DNA of 64,000 nucleotides from an uncultured Chloroflexia bacterium (GCA_963828165.1 CAWHDR010000001.1:896001-960000), one strand, 5' to 3'; numbered from the stretch's first letter, positions 48,094-57,773 are shown. The notes: a model not told the origin generated them from the letters alone. A program made the numbers and translations.

Positions 48094-48162
48094 ATCCACA
48101 TGCACAGATTGTGGATCCAGCCGACGCAGGTGTTTCACATCGCACGACGTCGACGGCAGCAT
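48094..48162 (+). promoter_or_regulatory. LysR-type box plus promoter, copy 1 (upstream of MFS)
   Basis: ATCCACA-N9-TGTGGAT, TTCACA-N17-CAGCAT. Confidence 0.65.
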
Positions 48163-48218
48163 CGGTGTTCGACCACATCACATCTGAGTTTGCGCAGGTG
48201 TGTCCATGATCTGAACAG

Positions 48219-49853
48219 ATGACGGAGATGACGATGACAGCCTCGACTGACAACCCCAGGGCCGGCCGCAAGGAGTGGATCGGTCTGGGCGTCCTCGCCC
48301 TGGCGGCGCTGGTCTATGTCATGGACCTGACGGTCCTGCACTTGGCCGTCCCCGCCCTCAGCGCGGATCTCCAGCCGAGCAGCGCCGAGCTCCTGTGGAT
48401 CATCGACATCTACGGTTTCATGGTCGCGGGGCTCCTGATCACGATGGGTACGCTCGGCGACCGGATCGGCCGGCGCAGGCTCCTGATGATCGGCGCCGCA
48501 GCGTTCGGAGCGACGTCCATCCTTGCGGCGTTCTCGACCAGCTCCGAGATGCTGATCGTGAGCCGAGCGTTGCTGGGCATCGCTGGCGCGACCCTTGCCC
48601 CCTCGACCCTTTCCCTCATCTTCAGCATGTTCACCGACCCCGGGCAGCGTGCCCGCGCCATCGCCATCTGGGTCTCGGCCTTCTCGGTCGGCAGCGCGGT
48701 CGGCCCGATCCTCGGGGGCCTCCTCCTGGAGCACTTCTGGTGGGGTTCGGTCTTCCTGCTGGCACTGCCGGTCATGGCCTTCCTGCTGATTCTCGGTCCG
48801 CGGCTGCTGCCTGAGTATCGCGACCCGGACGCTGGGCGGCTGGATCTGATCAGCGCAGCGCTGTCCCTCGTCAGTCTCCTCGCGGTGATCTTCGGTCTCA
48901 AGCAGATCGCCCAGGACGGCATCGGTCCGCTGCCCGTCGGTTCGATCGTCGTCGGTCTGGTTTTCGGCGGCCTGTTCGTCCGTCGCCAGCTCACCCTGAC
49001 GGATCCGATGATCGATGTCCGGCTGTTCCGCATCCCCTCGTTCAGTGCCGCCCTGGTGGTCAACTTCCTGGCCGTCTTCGTGGCCTTTGGCTACTTCCTG
49101 TTCGTGGCCCAATACCTCCAGCTCGTGATCGGCCTGACGCCGCTGGAGGCGGGCCTCTGGTCGGTGCCCTCGGCGATCGGCTTCATCATCGGCTCTCAAC
49201 TGGCGCCGCGGCTCGTGCGCCTGGCTCGCCCCGCCTACGTGATGGGCGCCGGCCTGGGGCTCGGGGCGATCGGGCTGGGCCTGCTGACCCAGGTCGGCGG
49301 AGGTGATGGCCTGGCCGTCGTCGTGGCTGGCTCCATCATCATCTCCCTCGGACTCGGACCCGTCTTCGGGCTGACCACCGAGCTTATCGTCGGCTCGGCG
49401 CCGCCCGAGCGGGCGGGGGCTGCCTCCGGCATCTCGGAGACCGGCGCGGAGGTCGGCGGAGCCCTCGGGATCGCGCTCCTGGGTAGTGTCGGCGTCGCCA
49501 TCTACCGAGGCGCGATGGCCGATCTGCCGCCCGAGGTTCCGGCCCAGGCGGCAAGCATCGCCCGCGATACCCTCGGCGGCGCGACGGGCGTCGCCGCGGT
49601 ACTCCCCGCGGAGCTTGCCGCGACCGTGCTCGCGATCGCGCGCGAGGCATTCGTGGACGGGATGCAGGTGGTGGCCGGGATCAGCGCGGCGGTCGCCGTC
49701 GGTGTCGCCATCCTGACCGTGGTCATGTTGCGCAACGTCCGCTCAGATGGCCCACTCTCGGGGATCGAGCCTGGGAACGAACCCGCCACGAGCGGCGACG
49801 AGCGGCCGCACCTCGGAGCCCGACCATCTGCTGCGCCGATCCCGGAAGCCTGA
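48219..49853 (+). CDS. MFS drug:H+ antiporter (DHA2, SmvA/QacA-like)
   Basis: MDLTVL..AVP, LLWIIDIY, GTLGDRIGRRRLL, GPILGG.LLEHFWWGSVF. Confidence 0.93.
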   Translation: MTEMTMTASTDNPRAGRKEWIGLGVLALAALVYVMDLTVLHLAVPALSADLQPSSAELLWIIDIYGFMVAGLLITMGTLGDRIGRRRLLMIGAAAFGATSILAAFSTSSEMLIVSRALLGIAGATLAPSTLSLIFSMFTDPGQRARAIAIWVSAFSVGSAVGPILGGLLLEHFWWGSVFLLALPVMAFLLILGPRLLPEYRDPDAGRLDLISAALSLVSLLAVIFGLKQIAQDGIGPLPVGSIVVGLVFGGLFVRRQLTLTDPMIDVRLFRIPSFSAALVVNFLAVFVAFGYFLFVAQYLQLVIGLTPLEAGLWSVPSAIGFIIGSQLAPRLVRLARPAYVMGAGLGLGAIGLGLLTQVGGGDGLAVVVAGSIIISLGLGPVFGLTTELIVGSAPPERAGAASGISETGAEVGGALGIALLGSVGVAIYRGAMADLPPEVPAQAASIARDTLGGATGVAAVLPAELAATVLAIAREAFVDGMQVVAGISAAVAVGVAILTVVMLRNVRSDGPLSGIEPGNEPATSGDERPHLGARPSAAPIPEA

Positions 49854-49888
49854 CCACCGCCTCGTCGATCGACCGAAGGGAGTCCCTC

Positions 49889-50560
49889 ATGACCACCTCC
49901 GCCGCCATCACAAGCGTCGTTTCGACCCGCGCCCGGCCAGACCGTGACAGTCGCCGATCGTTGGCTGGCACCGTGACCGCTGGGCGCATCGAACACCAGC
50001 CCCCGGCGGGCCGCCCGTGGGCCATCCACCGCTGGCCGACCGCGGCCGGCATCCTCCTCGCGGCATCCTTCGCCGCGGGCATCAGCTTGGGATTCGCCGG
50101 AAGCACCGACATCGCGCAGGTCGTCACGGCCTCCGGTTTCGTCTACCTCGGCGCCGCGGCGCTCGGGCGGCGCATGGCCGCGTGGCCGTTGTTCCTAGTC
50201 AGCTTCGGGCTGATCACGATCGGCTTCCTGGTCCCCGGGTTCGACCCTTCGTTGTGGATGCTCGGCACCGTGGCCATCCTCGTGGTCTACGGTCTGGTGC
50301 AGGGCGGGCTGCGAACACCCTGGGGTATTCCGTTGCAGGCCGCGGCGATGATCGTGCTCGCTGCCGTCGCGATCACCGCCGCCAACCTCGTCGCGCCCTG
50401 GGCCGGACTGGTGGTCAGCACGGCCCTATTCGGGCACGCCGCCTGGGACATCTACCACCATCGCGTCGACCGCGTCGTCGCACGCTCGATGGCCGAATTC
50501 TGCGGAGTGCTGGACACCCTGCTCGCACTCGTCGTCCTGGTCGTGACCTTCACACGGTGA
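49889..50560 (+). CDS. Hypothetical membrane protein
   Basis: About six TM segments, GHAAWDIYHH...AEFCGVLD motif. Confidence 0.75.
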   Translation: MTTSAAITSVVSTRARPDRDSRRSLAGTVTAGRIEHQPPAGRPWAIHRWPTAAGILLAASFAAGISLGFAGSTDIAQVVTASGFVYLGAAALGRRMAAWPLFLVSFGLITIGFLVPGFDPSLWMLGTVAILVVYGLVQGGLRTPWGIPLQAAAMIVLAAVAITAANLVAPWAGLVVSTALFGHAAWDIYHHRVDRVVARSMAEFCGVLDTLLALVVLVVTFTR

Positions 50561-50787
50561 ACCACGAAATGAATGGGAGATGCCGCCGTAGTCATCAGCC
50601 GCAGGCTGTTCGACCTGAGTTAGCGGCTGGAACGGCAAACCCGCCGCGGACCTCGATCAGCGGCCGGCGTTCAGGTTACAAGTCCCGCTTGTCCGGGCAT
50701 TCCGGCCCGATCTTCAGCCGTGGCGCAACGTGTCGACGGAAGCTGGCAAGGTCAGACCCAACCCCAACCAAGAAGGAAACCGATGGC

Positions 50788-51167
50788 ATGACGCAAACAA
50801 CCGACGAGGTCATCGACCGCTTCAATCGGGCGTTCCAAGAACGGGACGCCACCCTCCTCGTGGACAGCATCGCCTCCGACTGCGTCATGGAGAGCGTCCA
50901 GCCAGCCCCAGACGGCACACGCTACGAGGGCTATGAGGCTTCGTTCAGCTCGTGGAAGGCGCTCATCGACGACACCGCCAGCCATTTCGAGGTGGAGGAC
51001 GTCCGCACCGGCGACGAGTGGGCACTCATCCGCTGGCACTAGGTATGGGGTCCGGGCACCGAGGACTCGGTCGTGGCGTGAACGTCATGCGGGTTGTCGA
51101 TGGCAAGATCGTCGAGGCGGCCGGCTCTTCAAAGACTGCGCGGATCGTCGCCGCCCTAGAGAGCTGA
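50788..51167 (+). pseudogene. SnoaL/NTF2-like protein, nonsense codon plus frameshift
   Basis: IDRFNRAF...PAPDGTRYEG...RWH, TAG at 51040-51042, then RGVNVMRVVDGKIVEA in a shifted frame. Confidence 0.8.
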
Positions 51168-51221
51168 CCGAACGATGACCACCATCAACGCCAACGAGGT
51201 CGCCCTGGGCGCGGGTATGTC

Positions 51222-51806
51222 ATGACCGACCAGAGGCCGTTCACCTACCATGTCTTCATCGGTACGAGCCTGGACGGGTTCATCGCCCGTGCCAACGGTG
51301 ACCTAGAGTGGCTCACCAGCCGGGGCGAGGCCGCCGGCGAGTATGGGTTCCAGGAGTTCATCGACAGCATCGACACCGTCGCGATGGGCCGCGTCACGTA
51401 CCAGAATTGGCTGGACTTGGGCACCGAACAGTGGCCGTTCCACGGCAAGCACGTGGCGGTAGTCAGCTCCCGGCTGGTCGCCGACGACGACGCGCGCATC
51501 GCGGTCTACCGGGACGTGGACCAGCTGCTCATGAGCCTGTTCGACCCGAGGGGCCAAGAGCGTCTACGTCGACGGGGGCGGGTCATCCGGGAGTGTCTGC
51601 AAGCTGGCCTGATCGACGACATCACGAGCACGACCGTCCCGGTCCTGATCGGGAGCGGGATCCCGTTCCCCGGCGACCTCGACGCCGATATCCCGCTGAT
51701 CCACCATTCGACCAAGGTGTTCGGGGCCGGTCTCGTCCAGTCCTCGAATGTAGTCGACCGCTCACCATCCGCCGGCAAAAGCGGCGTAATCCTACCCGGA
51801 GCCTGA
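51222..51806 (+). CDS. Dihydrofolate reductase / RibD-C family protein with compensating frameshifts
   Basis: IGTSLDGFIA, MGRVTY, VPVLIGSGIP; the expected VYVDGG motif lies in an adjacent frame at 51545-51580. Confidence 0.75.
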   Translation: MTDQRPFTYHVFIGTSLDGFIARANGDLEWLTSRGEAAGEYGFQEFIDSIDTVAMGRVTYQNWLDLGTEQWPFHGKHVAVVSSRLVADDDARIAVYRDVDQLLMSLFDPRGQERLRRRGRVIRECLQAGLIDDITSTTVPVLIGSGIPFPGDLDADIPLIHHSTKVFGAGLVQSSNVVDRSPSAGKSGVILPGA

Positions 51807-51863
51807 CACTCGTCACCTGCGCGAGACAGTCAACCCGAATCCTTCGGGGCCTACAATCAGATC

Positions 51864-52808
51864 TTGTGGAGTGACCGTCCGGCCGGACACCTGCCGCCCA
51901 TCGAGATCGAGCCGCCGATCGACGTCCGACAGCTGCGGTACTTTCTTGCGCTTGCCGAGGAGCTCAATTTCACTCGTGCCGCGGCGAGGCTCCACATCGC
52001 GCAGCAAGCACTCAGTTCGTCGATCAGAAACCTTGAACAGACGCTCGGTGTAGTTCTCTTCGCTCGCAGCACGCGGCACGTCTCGTTGACGAGCGCTGGG
52101 GAAGTGCTCGTTCCGGCCGCCCAACGGATCCTCGCCGATTTGGCCGACGCGCTTCATGCAGTGGAGCAGGCGGCCGCTGGTCGTCAAGGGCGGCTAGTCG
52201 TCGGCGTCGCGATCGCGGTCCACGGGACTCACCTGGTTCGCGAAGCCATCCGGCGGTTTGGCGAGCAGTCGCCGGGCGTGGACCTCCAGATCGTCGGGTA
52301 CGACCATTCCGATCCGTCAGCCGGGCTGGCGAGTGGGTCGAGCCAGGCAAGCTTCGTGCTGGCTCCACTCACGGTCGACGGACACGAGTCGGTGACGGTG
52401 CTCCGGGAGACGCGTCATGTGATGCTCCCGGCGGAACATCCCCTCGCGAAGCGTGACCAGCTGCACGCTCGCGACCTGTCTGGCATGCCCTGGCTTCGTG
52501 TGCCGGCCCCCGACAGCCCGTGGACCCGATTCTGGTTCCAGCATCCCCTCGGTGAGCCCTCGAGCGGACCGGAGGTCCACTCGGGCGTGGACTGGGTTCC
52601 CGCTGTCGCGTCCGGGCGTGCGGTTGGCTTTAGCCTGCCGACGCTGGTTGGGGATTATCTTCCGCCTGACATCGTGACCGTGCCTGTCGTCGACATCGAG
52701 CCGGGTTCTGTCCTGCTGGCGTGGCCGAGCAGCACCGCCGAGGAAGTCGTCCACATGTTCGTTTCGACGGTTCGTGAGGCTCTCGTCGAAATGGCGGCCG
52801 TCGAGTAG
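51864..52808 (+). CDS. LysR family transcriptional regulator
   Basis: VRQLRYFLALAEELNFTRAAARLHIAQQALSSSIRNLEQTLGVVLFAR; start uncertain. Confidence 0.93.
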   Translation: MWSDRPAGHLPPIEIEPPIDVRQLRYFLALAEELNFTRAAARLHIAQQALSSSIRNLEQTLGVVLFARSTRHVSLTSAGEVLVPAAQRILADLADALHAVEQAAAGRQGRLVVGVAIAVHGTHLVREAIRRFGEQSPGVDLQIVGYDHSDPSAGLASGSSQASFVLAPLTVDGHESVTVLRETRHVMLPAEHPLAKRDQLHARDLSGMPWLRVPAPDSPWTRFWFQHPLGEPSSGPEVHSGVDWVPAVASGRAVGFSLPTLVGDYLPPDIVTVPVVDIEPGSVLLAWPSSTAEEVVHMFVSTVREALVEMAAVE

Positions 52809-52819
52809 GCGACGGCCAG

Positions 52820-52888
52820 ATCCACATCCGCCGGTTGTGGGTTGCGCAGGAACCTGTGTTTCTCATCGGCTGCGGACCCCTGCAGGAT
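52820..52888 (+). promoter_or_regulatory. LysR-type box plus promoter, copy 2 (upstream of multicopper oxidase)
   Basis: ATCCACA-N9-TGTGGGT, TTCTCA-N17-CAGGAT, same spacing as copy 1. Confidence 0.6.
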
Positions 52889-52983
52889 GGGGGTCGGCGA
52901 GGCGTGGGCTAAGGGACTGCCCAAGCCGTATCGCCGGCGATCTCGGAGGAACGCGAGACGTTGTCTACCACCCTGGAGACGGC

Positions 52984-54639
52984 ATGCAGCGGATGAGCCA
53001 CCACCCAAGCGACGAAACCGGACAGTTCTCGACGGACGTCTCGGGCCTGCCTCAGGCGGAGCCGACCCCGATCGTCGACCTGCCCAACGGCGGTCAGTTC
53101 GACCTGCGCATCGCGCCCGTTGCGCAGAGCATCGGAGGCAACGTGGTCCGGAGACTCGCCTACAACGGATCGGTGCCGGGTCCCACGCTGCGCGTGAAGC
53201 AAGGATCGGAAACCGTCGCCCACGTAAAGAATGACGGCGACGTCGATGCGACCGTCCACTGGCACGGCCTGCGCCTCGAGAATCGGTACGACGGCGTCCC
53301 GCACGAGACACAGAAGCCGATCCCGGTCGGCGGGAGCTTCACGTACCGAGTTCGCTTCCCCGACGAAGGGCTCTACTGGTACCACCCGCACTTCCGCGAG
53401 GACTACGCGCAGGACATGGGGCTGTACGGGAACATCGTCGTGGAGCCCAGAGATCCGAACTACTGGCCACCGGTCGACCGCGATCTCGTGCTCGCGGTCG
53501 ACGATGTGCTCCTCCAGGGCGGGCTGGTCGCCGCGTACGACCGATCGGGACCCGACCACGTCGCCATGGGCCGGTTCGGCAACGTCCTTCTCGTGAACGG
53601 GCGGTCCGACTGGGAGTTCGACGTCAGGCGCGACGAGGTGGTCCGCTTCTACCTGACGAACACGGCGAACACGCGCGTCTTCAACCTCGCGATCGCGGGC
53701 GCCCGGATGAAGCTCGTCGGAGGCGACGGGGGCCGCTATGAACGGGAGACCCTCATCGAGGAGGTGCTGATCGCGCCCTCAGAGCGCGCGGTGATCGACG
53801 TCTTGTTCGACCGGCCCGGAGCGGCGACACTGGAACACCGCACTCCGGAGCGAACGTACTCGCTCGGGCGGATCGCCGTCCTGGAGGACGCGGTCGACTC
53901 GAAGGCGGCGGGGGAATTCCCGACGCTGCGGCGAAGTCCGGAACTCGAAGCCGAGCGAACCGCGATCTCGGTCGACCTCGAGCGGGAACCCGACAAGATC
54001 CTGGCTCTCGTCGCCGCGATGACGATGACCGCGCCATCCTCCGAGTCCGATTCGGCCGATACGGCGTTCGCCTGCCCGATGCATCCGGACGTTGTGAGCG
54101 CCGACTCAGGTCGGTGTCCCAAGTGCGGGATGAAGCTCCTCCCGATCTCGATGACGGCGAGCGAACTCGTCGTAGCACCTGATTCGATGGACCACCACCA
54201 GCACGGTCGCGCCTCCAGTGGCTCCCAAGCGGCCGACAGCATCGAGTGGGAAGACACGATGGAGGACATCAACCGGCAGTCGAACCCGGGCAACATGCGA
54301 TGGATGCTCTTGGATCGCGAGACCGGCAACGTCAACGCCGCCATCGACTGGTCGTTCCGCGTCGGCGATCGGGTGAAGATCCGGCTGGTGAACGAGATGG
54401 ATTCGGATCACCCGATGCACCATCCATTCCACATCCACGGTGCGGGCCGGTTCCTCGTCCTGGCGCGGGCTGGAGAGGTCGAAGCCAACCTCGTCTGGAA
54501 GGACACGGTGCTGGTCCGGACCGGCGAAGTCGTCGACATTCTCTTGGACGTTTCGAACCCTGGCCTGTGGATGGCTCACTGCCACATCGCCGAACACGCC
54601 GAGGGCGGGATGATGTTCAGTTTCCGGGTCGCGAGATGA
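52984..54639 (+). CDS. Multicopper oxidase with internal heavy-metal-binding domain
   Basis: HWHG, YWYHPH, HPFHIH, HCHIAEHAEGGMM; internal CPMHP...CPKCGM. Confidence 0.93.
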   Translation: MQRMSHHPSDETGQFSTDVSGLPQAEPTPIVDLPNGGQFDLRIAPVAQSIGGNVVRRLAYNGSVPGPTLRVKQGSETVAHVKNDGDVDATVHWHGLRLENRYDGVPHETQKPIPVGGSFTYRVRFPDEGLYWYHPHFREDYAQDMGLYGNIVVEPRDPNYWPPVDRDLVLAVDDVLLQGGLVAAYDRSGPDHVAMGRFGNVLLVNGRSDWEFDVRRDEVVRFYLTNTANTRVFNLAIAGARMKLVGGDGGRYERETLIEEVLIAPSERAVIDVLFDRPGAATLEHRTPERTYSLGRIAVLEDAVDSKAAGEFPTLRRSPELEAERTAISVDLEREPDKILALVAAMTMTAPSSESDSADTAFACPMHPDVVSADSGRCPKCGMKLLPISMTASELVVAPDSMDHHQHGRASSGSQAADSIEWEDTMEDINRQSNPGNMRWMLLDRETGNVNAAIDWSFRVGDRVKIRLVNEMDSDHPMHHPFHIHGAGRFLVLARAGEVEANLVWKDTVLVRTGEVVDILLDVSNPGLWMAHCHIAEHAEGGMMFSFRVAR

Positions 54640-54803
54640 TCAGCCGCACGGCGCGGAAGACCTCACAGCCATGATCCACCGGCGCGATCGATAGCCGACG
54701 TTCACAAGCGGCCTGTCGTCCACGAGGCGTCCCGACGCCCCGTAGTCCCTGCTTGTCGCCCCCACAGGGGCAAGCAGTTTGAGCGAGTTCATCGGAGGTG
54801 ATC

Positions 54804-55388
54804 GTGTCAGCATCAGTGCTCTACATGTCAATGTCCCTCGACGGATACATCGCCGGTCCGAACGACGGACCGGACAACCCCGGCGGCGACGGCTTCGACC
54901 GGCTGCACGAGTGGATGTTCATACCGGGCACATATGACGTCCCGCTGTCCGGCCCGGGCCGGGACCTGTTCGACGAGATGGACGCGACCGTCGGTGCCCT
55001 GCTGGCGGGTCGGCGTACTGTGGAGCAGGTCGATCATTGGGGCGGAGACAATCACGGCTGGCCGATCTTCGTGCCGAGCCACCGGCCGCCGGGTCCATCC
55101 GTGGCGAACTATCCCTTGGTGACGTATGTGGCCGACGGGATCGAGAGCGCGATGGCGCAGGCGAAGGCTGCAGCCGGAGATAGAGTCGTCCTCGTGCACG
55201 GTGCGTACACGGCACAGCGCGCGCTTCAGGCCGGCGTCCTGGATGAGTTGCAGATTCATCAGATTCCCGTGCTGCTCGGTGGTGGTCGTCGATTGTTCGA
55301 TGTCTTGCCGTCGCGCGTCGAGTTGGACGTCGTTCGGGTCATCGACACCCCTAAGGCAACCCACATCCGCTACCGCGTCCGCCGCTGA
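54804..55388 (+). CDS. Dihydrofolate reductase / RibD-C family protein
   Basis: MSMSLDGYIAGP, DGIESA, HQIPVLLGGGRRLF; GGAGG RBS. Confidence 0.9.
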   Translation: MSASVLYMSMSLDGYIAGPNDGPDNPGGDGFDRLHEWMFIPGTYDVPLSGPGRDLFDEMDATVGALLAGRRTVEQVDHWGGDNHGWPIFVPSHRPPGPSVANYPLVTYVADGIESAMAQAKAAAGDRVVLVHGAYTAQRALQAGVLDELQIHQIPVLLGGGRRLFDVLPSRVELDVVRVIDTPKATHIRYRVRR

Positions 55389-55467
55389 GCCGGATCTCGA
55401 GGGTCGAAGTCGAGGCGCGTGCCCAAGCGGCTCGCGGTGTCCGGCGGTGGCCTCTCGCCGCTTCACC

Positions 55468-55536
55468 ATCCACATGTGCCGCTTGTGGATCCAGCCGAAG
55501 CAGGTGTTTCACAGCCGCACAGTTCGACTGCAACAT
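55468..55536 (+). promoter_or_regulatory. LysR-type box plus promoter, copy 3
   Basis: ATCCACA-N9-TGTGGAT, TTCACA-N17-CAACAT. Confidence 0.65.
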
Positions 55537-55613
55537 CAGGGTCCTGATCCTGGAGGTGGCGCATCTAGGGCGCCTGCCGGACGACCACGGCCGCTGGCCA
55601 CCCTCGGCTGACC

Positions 55614-55865
55614 ATGAACGGAGTCACGACCATGCATCTCCTCTTCTACGACCTCGTCATCGCATCCGAGCGCGAGCACTCGAGCAAATGCGAATACGAC
55701 CGGTTCGCGGCCCTCGCCGCCCTGCGGGAAGGTGACCGTTCGTGGGTCCGGCACAAGCTCGCGGTGGCGCTGGCGGGCGTGAGCCGTGCCAGCGCGGCGG
55801 GCGTGCGCTGGCTCGATGCCTGCCTCGCCGACGACCTGGTGGCACACATCGCGGCGAACCGCTGA
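55614..55865 (+). CDS. Small hypothetical protein
   Basis: ORF downstream of promoter copy 3; GGAG before the second ATG. Confidence 0.55.
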   Translation: MNGVTTMHLLFYDLVIASEREHSSKCEYDRFAALAALREGDRSWVRHKLAVALAGVSRASAAGVRWLDACLADDLVAHIAANR

Positions 55866-55929
55866 ACCGGCCCGCGCGTGACATGTGCACCCGTAGGCGC
55901 AGCGAACACTCGCAGCCACGGAGGACCTC

Positions 55930-56316
55930 ATGAAGATCACCGCGTCAGCGCTGTCACTCAACGTCGCCGACGAGCGGGCGTCCGCGCAGTTCGCCCGTGA
56001 CTACCTCGGATTCGTCGAGGAGATGGCCGATGACGGATTCGTCTCGCTGTCCAGACCGGACGCTGGCTTCAACCTCATCTTTCTGCGCACAGGGCTGAAG
56101 ACCTTCAAGCCGGACCACCTGCGCGGCCACGCCGCGGACGGCCTGTTGGTGGTCTTCGTCGTTGACGACGTCGACGCCGAGTTCGCCCGGCTGCAAGCCG
56201 CGGGCGTTCCCATCACGACACCGATCGAGACCGAACCGTGGGGTGAGCGCTACTTCCAGATGAGCGACCCGAATGGGGTTGTGATCCAGCTGGTGAAGTG
56301 GATGACCCGAGCATGA
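55930..56316 (+). CDS. VOC/glyoxalase family protein
   Basis: SLNVAD..AS..F...LGF, FVVDDVDA, EPWGERYF...DPNG. Confidence 0.92.
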   Translation: MKITASALSLNVADERASAQFARDYLGFVEEMADDGFVSLSRPDAGFNLIFLRTGLKTFKPDHLRGHAADGLLVVFVVDDVDAEFARLQAAGVPITTPIETEPWGERYFQMSDPNGVVIQLVKWMTRA

Positions 56317-57773
56317 CCGAGCATGCAGTGGTTATCGCCGGCGGCGGCCCGACCGGGATGATGCTCGGAGCCGAGTTGACGCTCGCAGGCGTCGACGTCG
56401 TCATCGTTGAGCGGCGCGTGGACAAGGTTCGCATCCAGCCCGGTGCGCTCGGCCTTCATGCACGCACGATCGAGGTGTTCGACCAGCGCGGCATCGCCGA
56501 CCGCTTCCTCGCCGAAGGCAAGGCCATGCAGGTGATGGGGTTTGCCGGCGTGCATTTCGACATCAGCGCGTTCCCGAGCCGCCATCCCTATGGCCTTGCA
56601 CTGATCCAGAAGCACAGCGAGCGGATCCTTCTCAACTGGGCCGAGGAGCTCGGCGTCCCGTTCCTTCGTGGCGTCGAGGTGACGGGATTCGCCGAAGACG
56701 CCTCCGGCATCCACGTCGCGCTCAGCGACGGCCGGTCCTTGCGGGCACACTACCTCGTGGGCTGCGACGGCGGCCGCAGCCTTGTCCGCAAGGCGGCCGG
56801 CATCGCGTTCCCGGGCTCGGATCCGACGCTGAGCCATCTCCTCGCCGAGGCTGAGCTCACAGGCGAGCCGGAGTGGGGCCTCCGTACCGACGAGATCGGC
56901 ACCCACGCGCTCAGCAAAACAGAAGACGGCAAGGTCGGGATATTGGTGACCGAACGCGGCGTCGGCACCGTAGAGCCCACGCTCGACGATCTGCGCGAGG
57001 CGCTGATCGCCCACTACGGGTCGGACTACGGCGTCCGCAACCCGAGCTTCATCACGCGGTTCACCGATTCTACCCGGCAGGCCGAAACCTACCGCAAGGG
57101 CAGGGTACTGCTCGCCGGCGACTCGGCTCACATCCACTACCCGGCCGGTGGGTTCGGCATGAATCTCGGCATCCAGGATGCAGTCAACCTCGGGTGGAAG
57201 CTCGCGGAGGTGGTCAAAGGAACCGCGCCCGAGGCGCTGCTCGACACATATCACGCCGAGCGGCATCCGGTCGCCGCTAGTCTCATCCGCTACCCCATGG
57301 CGACTGTTGCCCTCGGCCGCCACGACGACCGCACGAAAGCACTGAACTCGATCGTCACCGAACTCGTGAACATGGACGAAGCGCGGAAGACCATCGCCGG
57401 CCAGATGTCGGGCCTCGCCATCCACTACGACCTCGGCGACGGGCACCCATTGCTCGGGCGCCGGATGCCCGATCTCGAGCTCGGTACCCCCGGTGGTCCG
57501 CTGCGGGTCTTCGACCTGCTCCACGATGCCCGGCCGGTGCTGCTCAACCTCGGGGATTCCAGCGCCATCGACATCACGGCTTGGGCCAATCGGGTTCGGC
57601 TGGTCGACGCCACATCTGAAGGCCCATGGGAGCTTCCGGTCCTTGGTCCTGTTCCTGCTCCGGCGGCCGTGTTGATCCGGCCCGACGGATATGTCGCCTG
57701 GGTGGGGGACGAGACCCAGCCGGGGCCCGCTGGCGCGCTTACCACCTGGTTCGGACCGCCTACGGCGGCGTAG
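56313..57773 (+). CDS. FAD-dependent aromatic monooxygenase (Rox/PheA-TfdB-like)
   Basis: GGGPTG, VGCDGGRSLVRK, GRVLLAGDSAHIH.PAGGFGMNLGIQDAVNLGWKLA, LIRPDGYVAW. Confidence 0.92.
   Translation: MTEHAVVIAGGGPTGMMLGAELTLAGVDVVIVERRVDKVRIQPGALGLHARTIEVFDQRGIADRFLAEGKAMQVMGFAGVHFDISAFPSRHPYGLALIQKHSERILLNWAEELGVPFLRGVEVTGFAEDASGIHVALSDGRSLRAHYLVGCDGGRSLVRKAAGIAFPGSDPTLSHLLAEAELTGEPEWGLRTDEIGTHALSKTEDGKVGILVTERGVGTVEPTLDDLREALIAHYGSDYGVRNPSFITRFTDSTRQAETYRKGRVLLAGDSAHIHYPAGGFGMNLGIQDAVNLGWKLAEVVKGTAPEALLDTYHAERHPVAASLIRYPMATVALGRHDDRTKALNSIVTELVNMDEARKTIAGQMSGLAIHYDLGDGHPLLGRRMPDLELGTPGGPLRVFDLLHDARPVLLNLGDSSAIDITAWANRVRLVDATSEGPWELPVLGPVPAPAAVLIRPDGYVAWVGDETQPGPAGALTTWFGPPTAA

Noticed and set aside
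48094-48116. ATCCACA/TGTGGAT as DnaA boxes or an origin
   Set aside because: Only 7 of 9 bases match, there is no box cluster or AT-rich unwinding region, and fixed spacing to -35/-10 boxes fits a regulator site better.
50590-50635. attC site (GTTAGCG within a hairpin)
   Set aside because: No complementary RYYYAAC box and no integron integrase.
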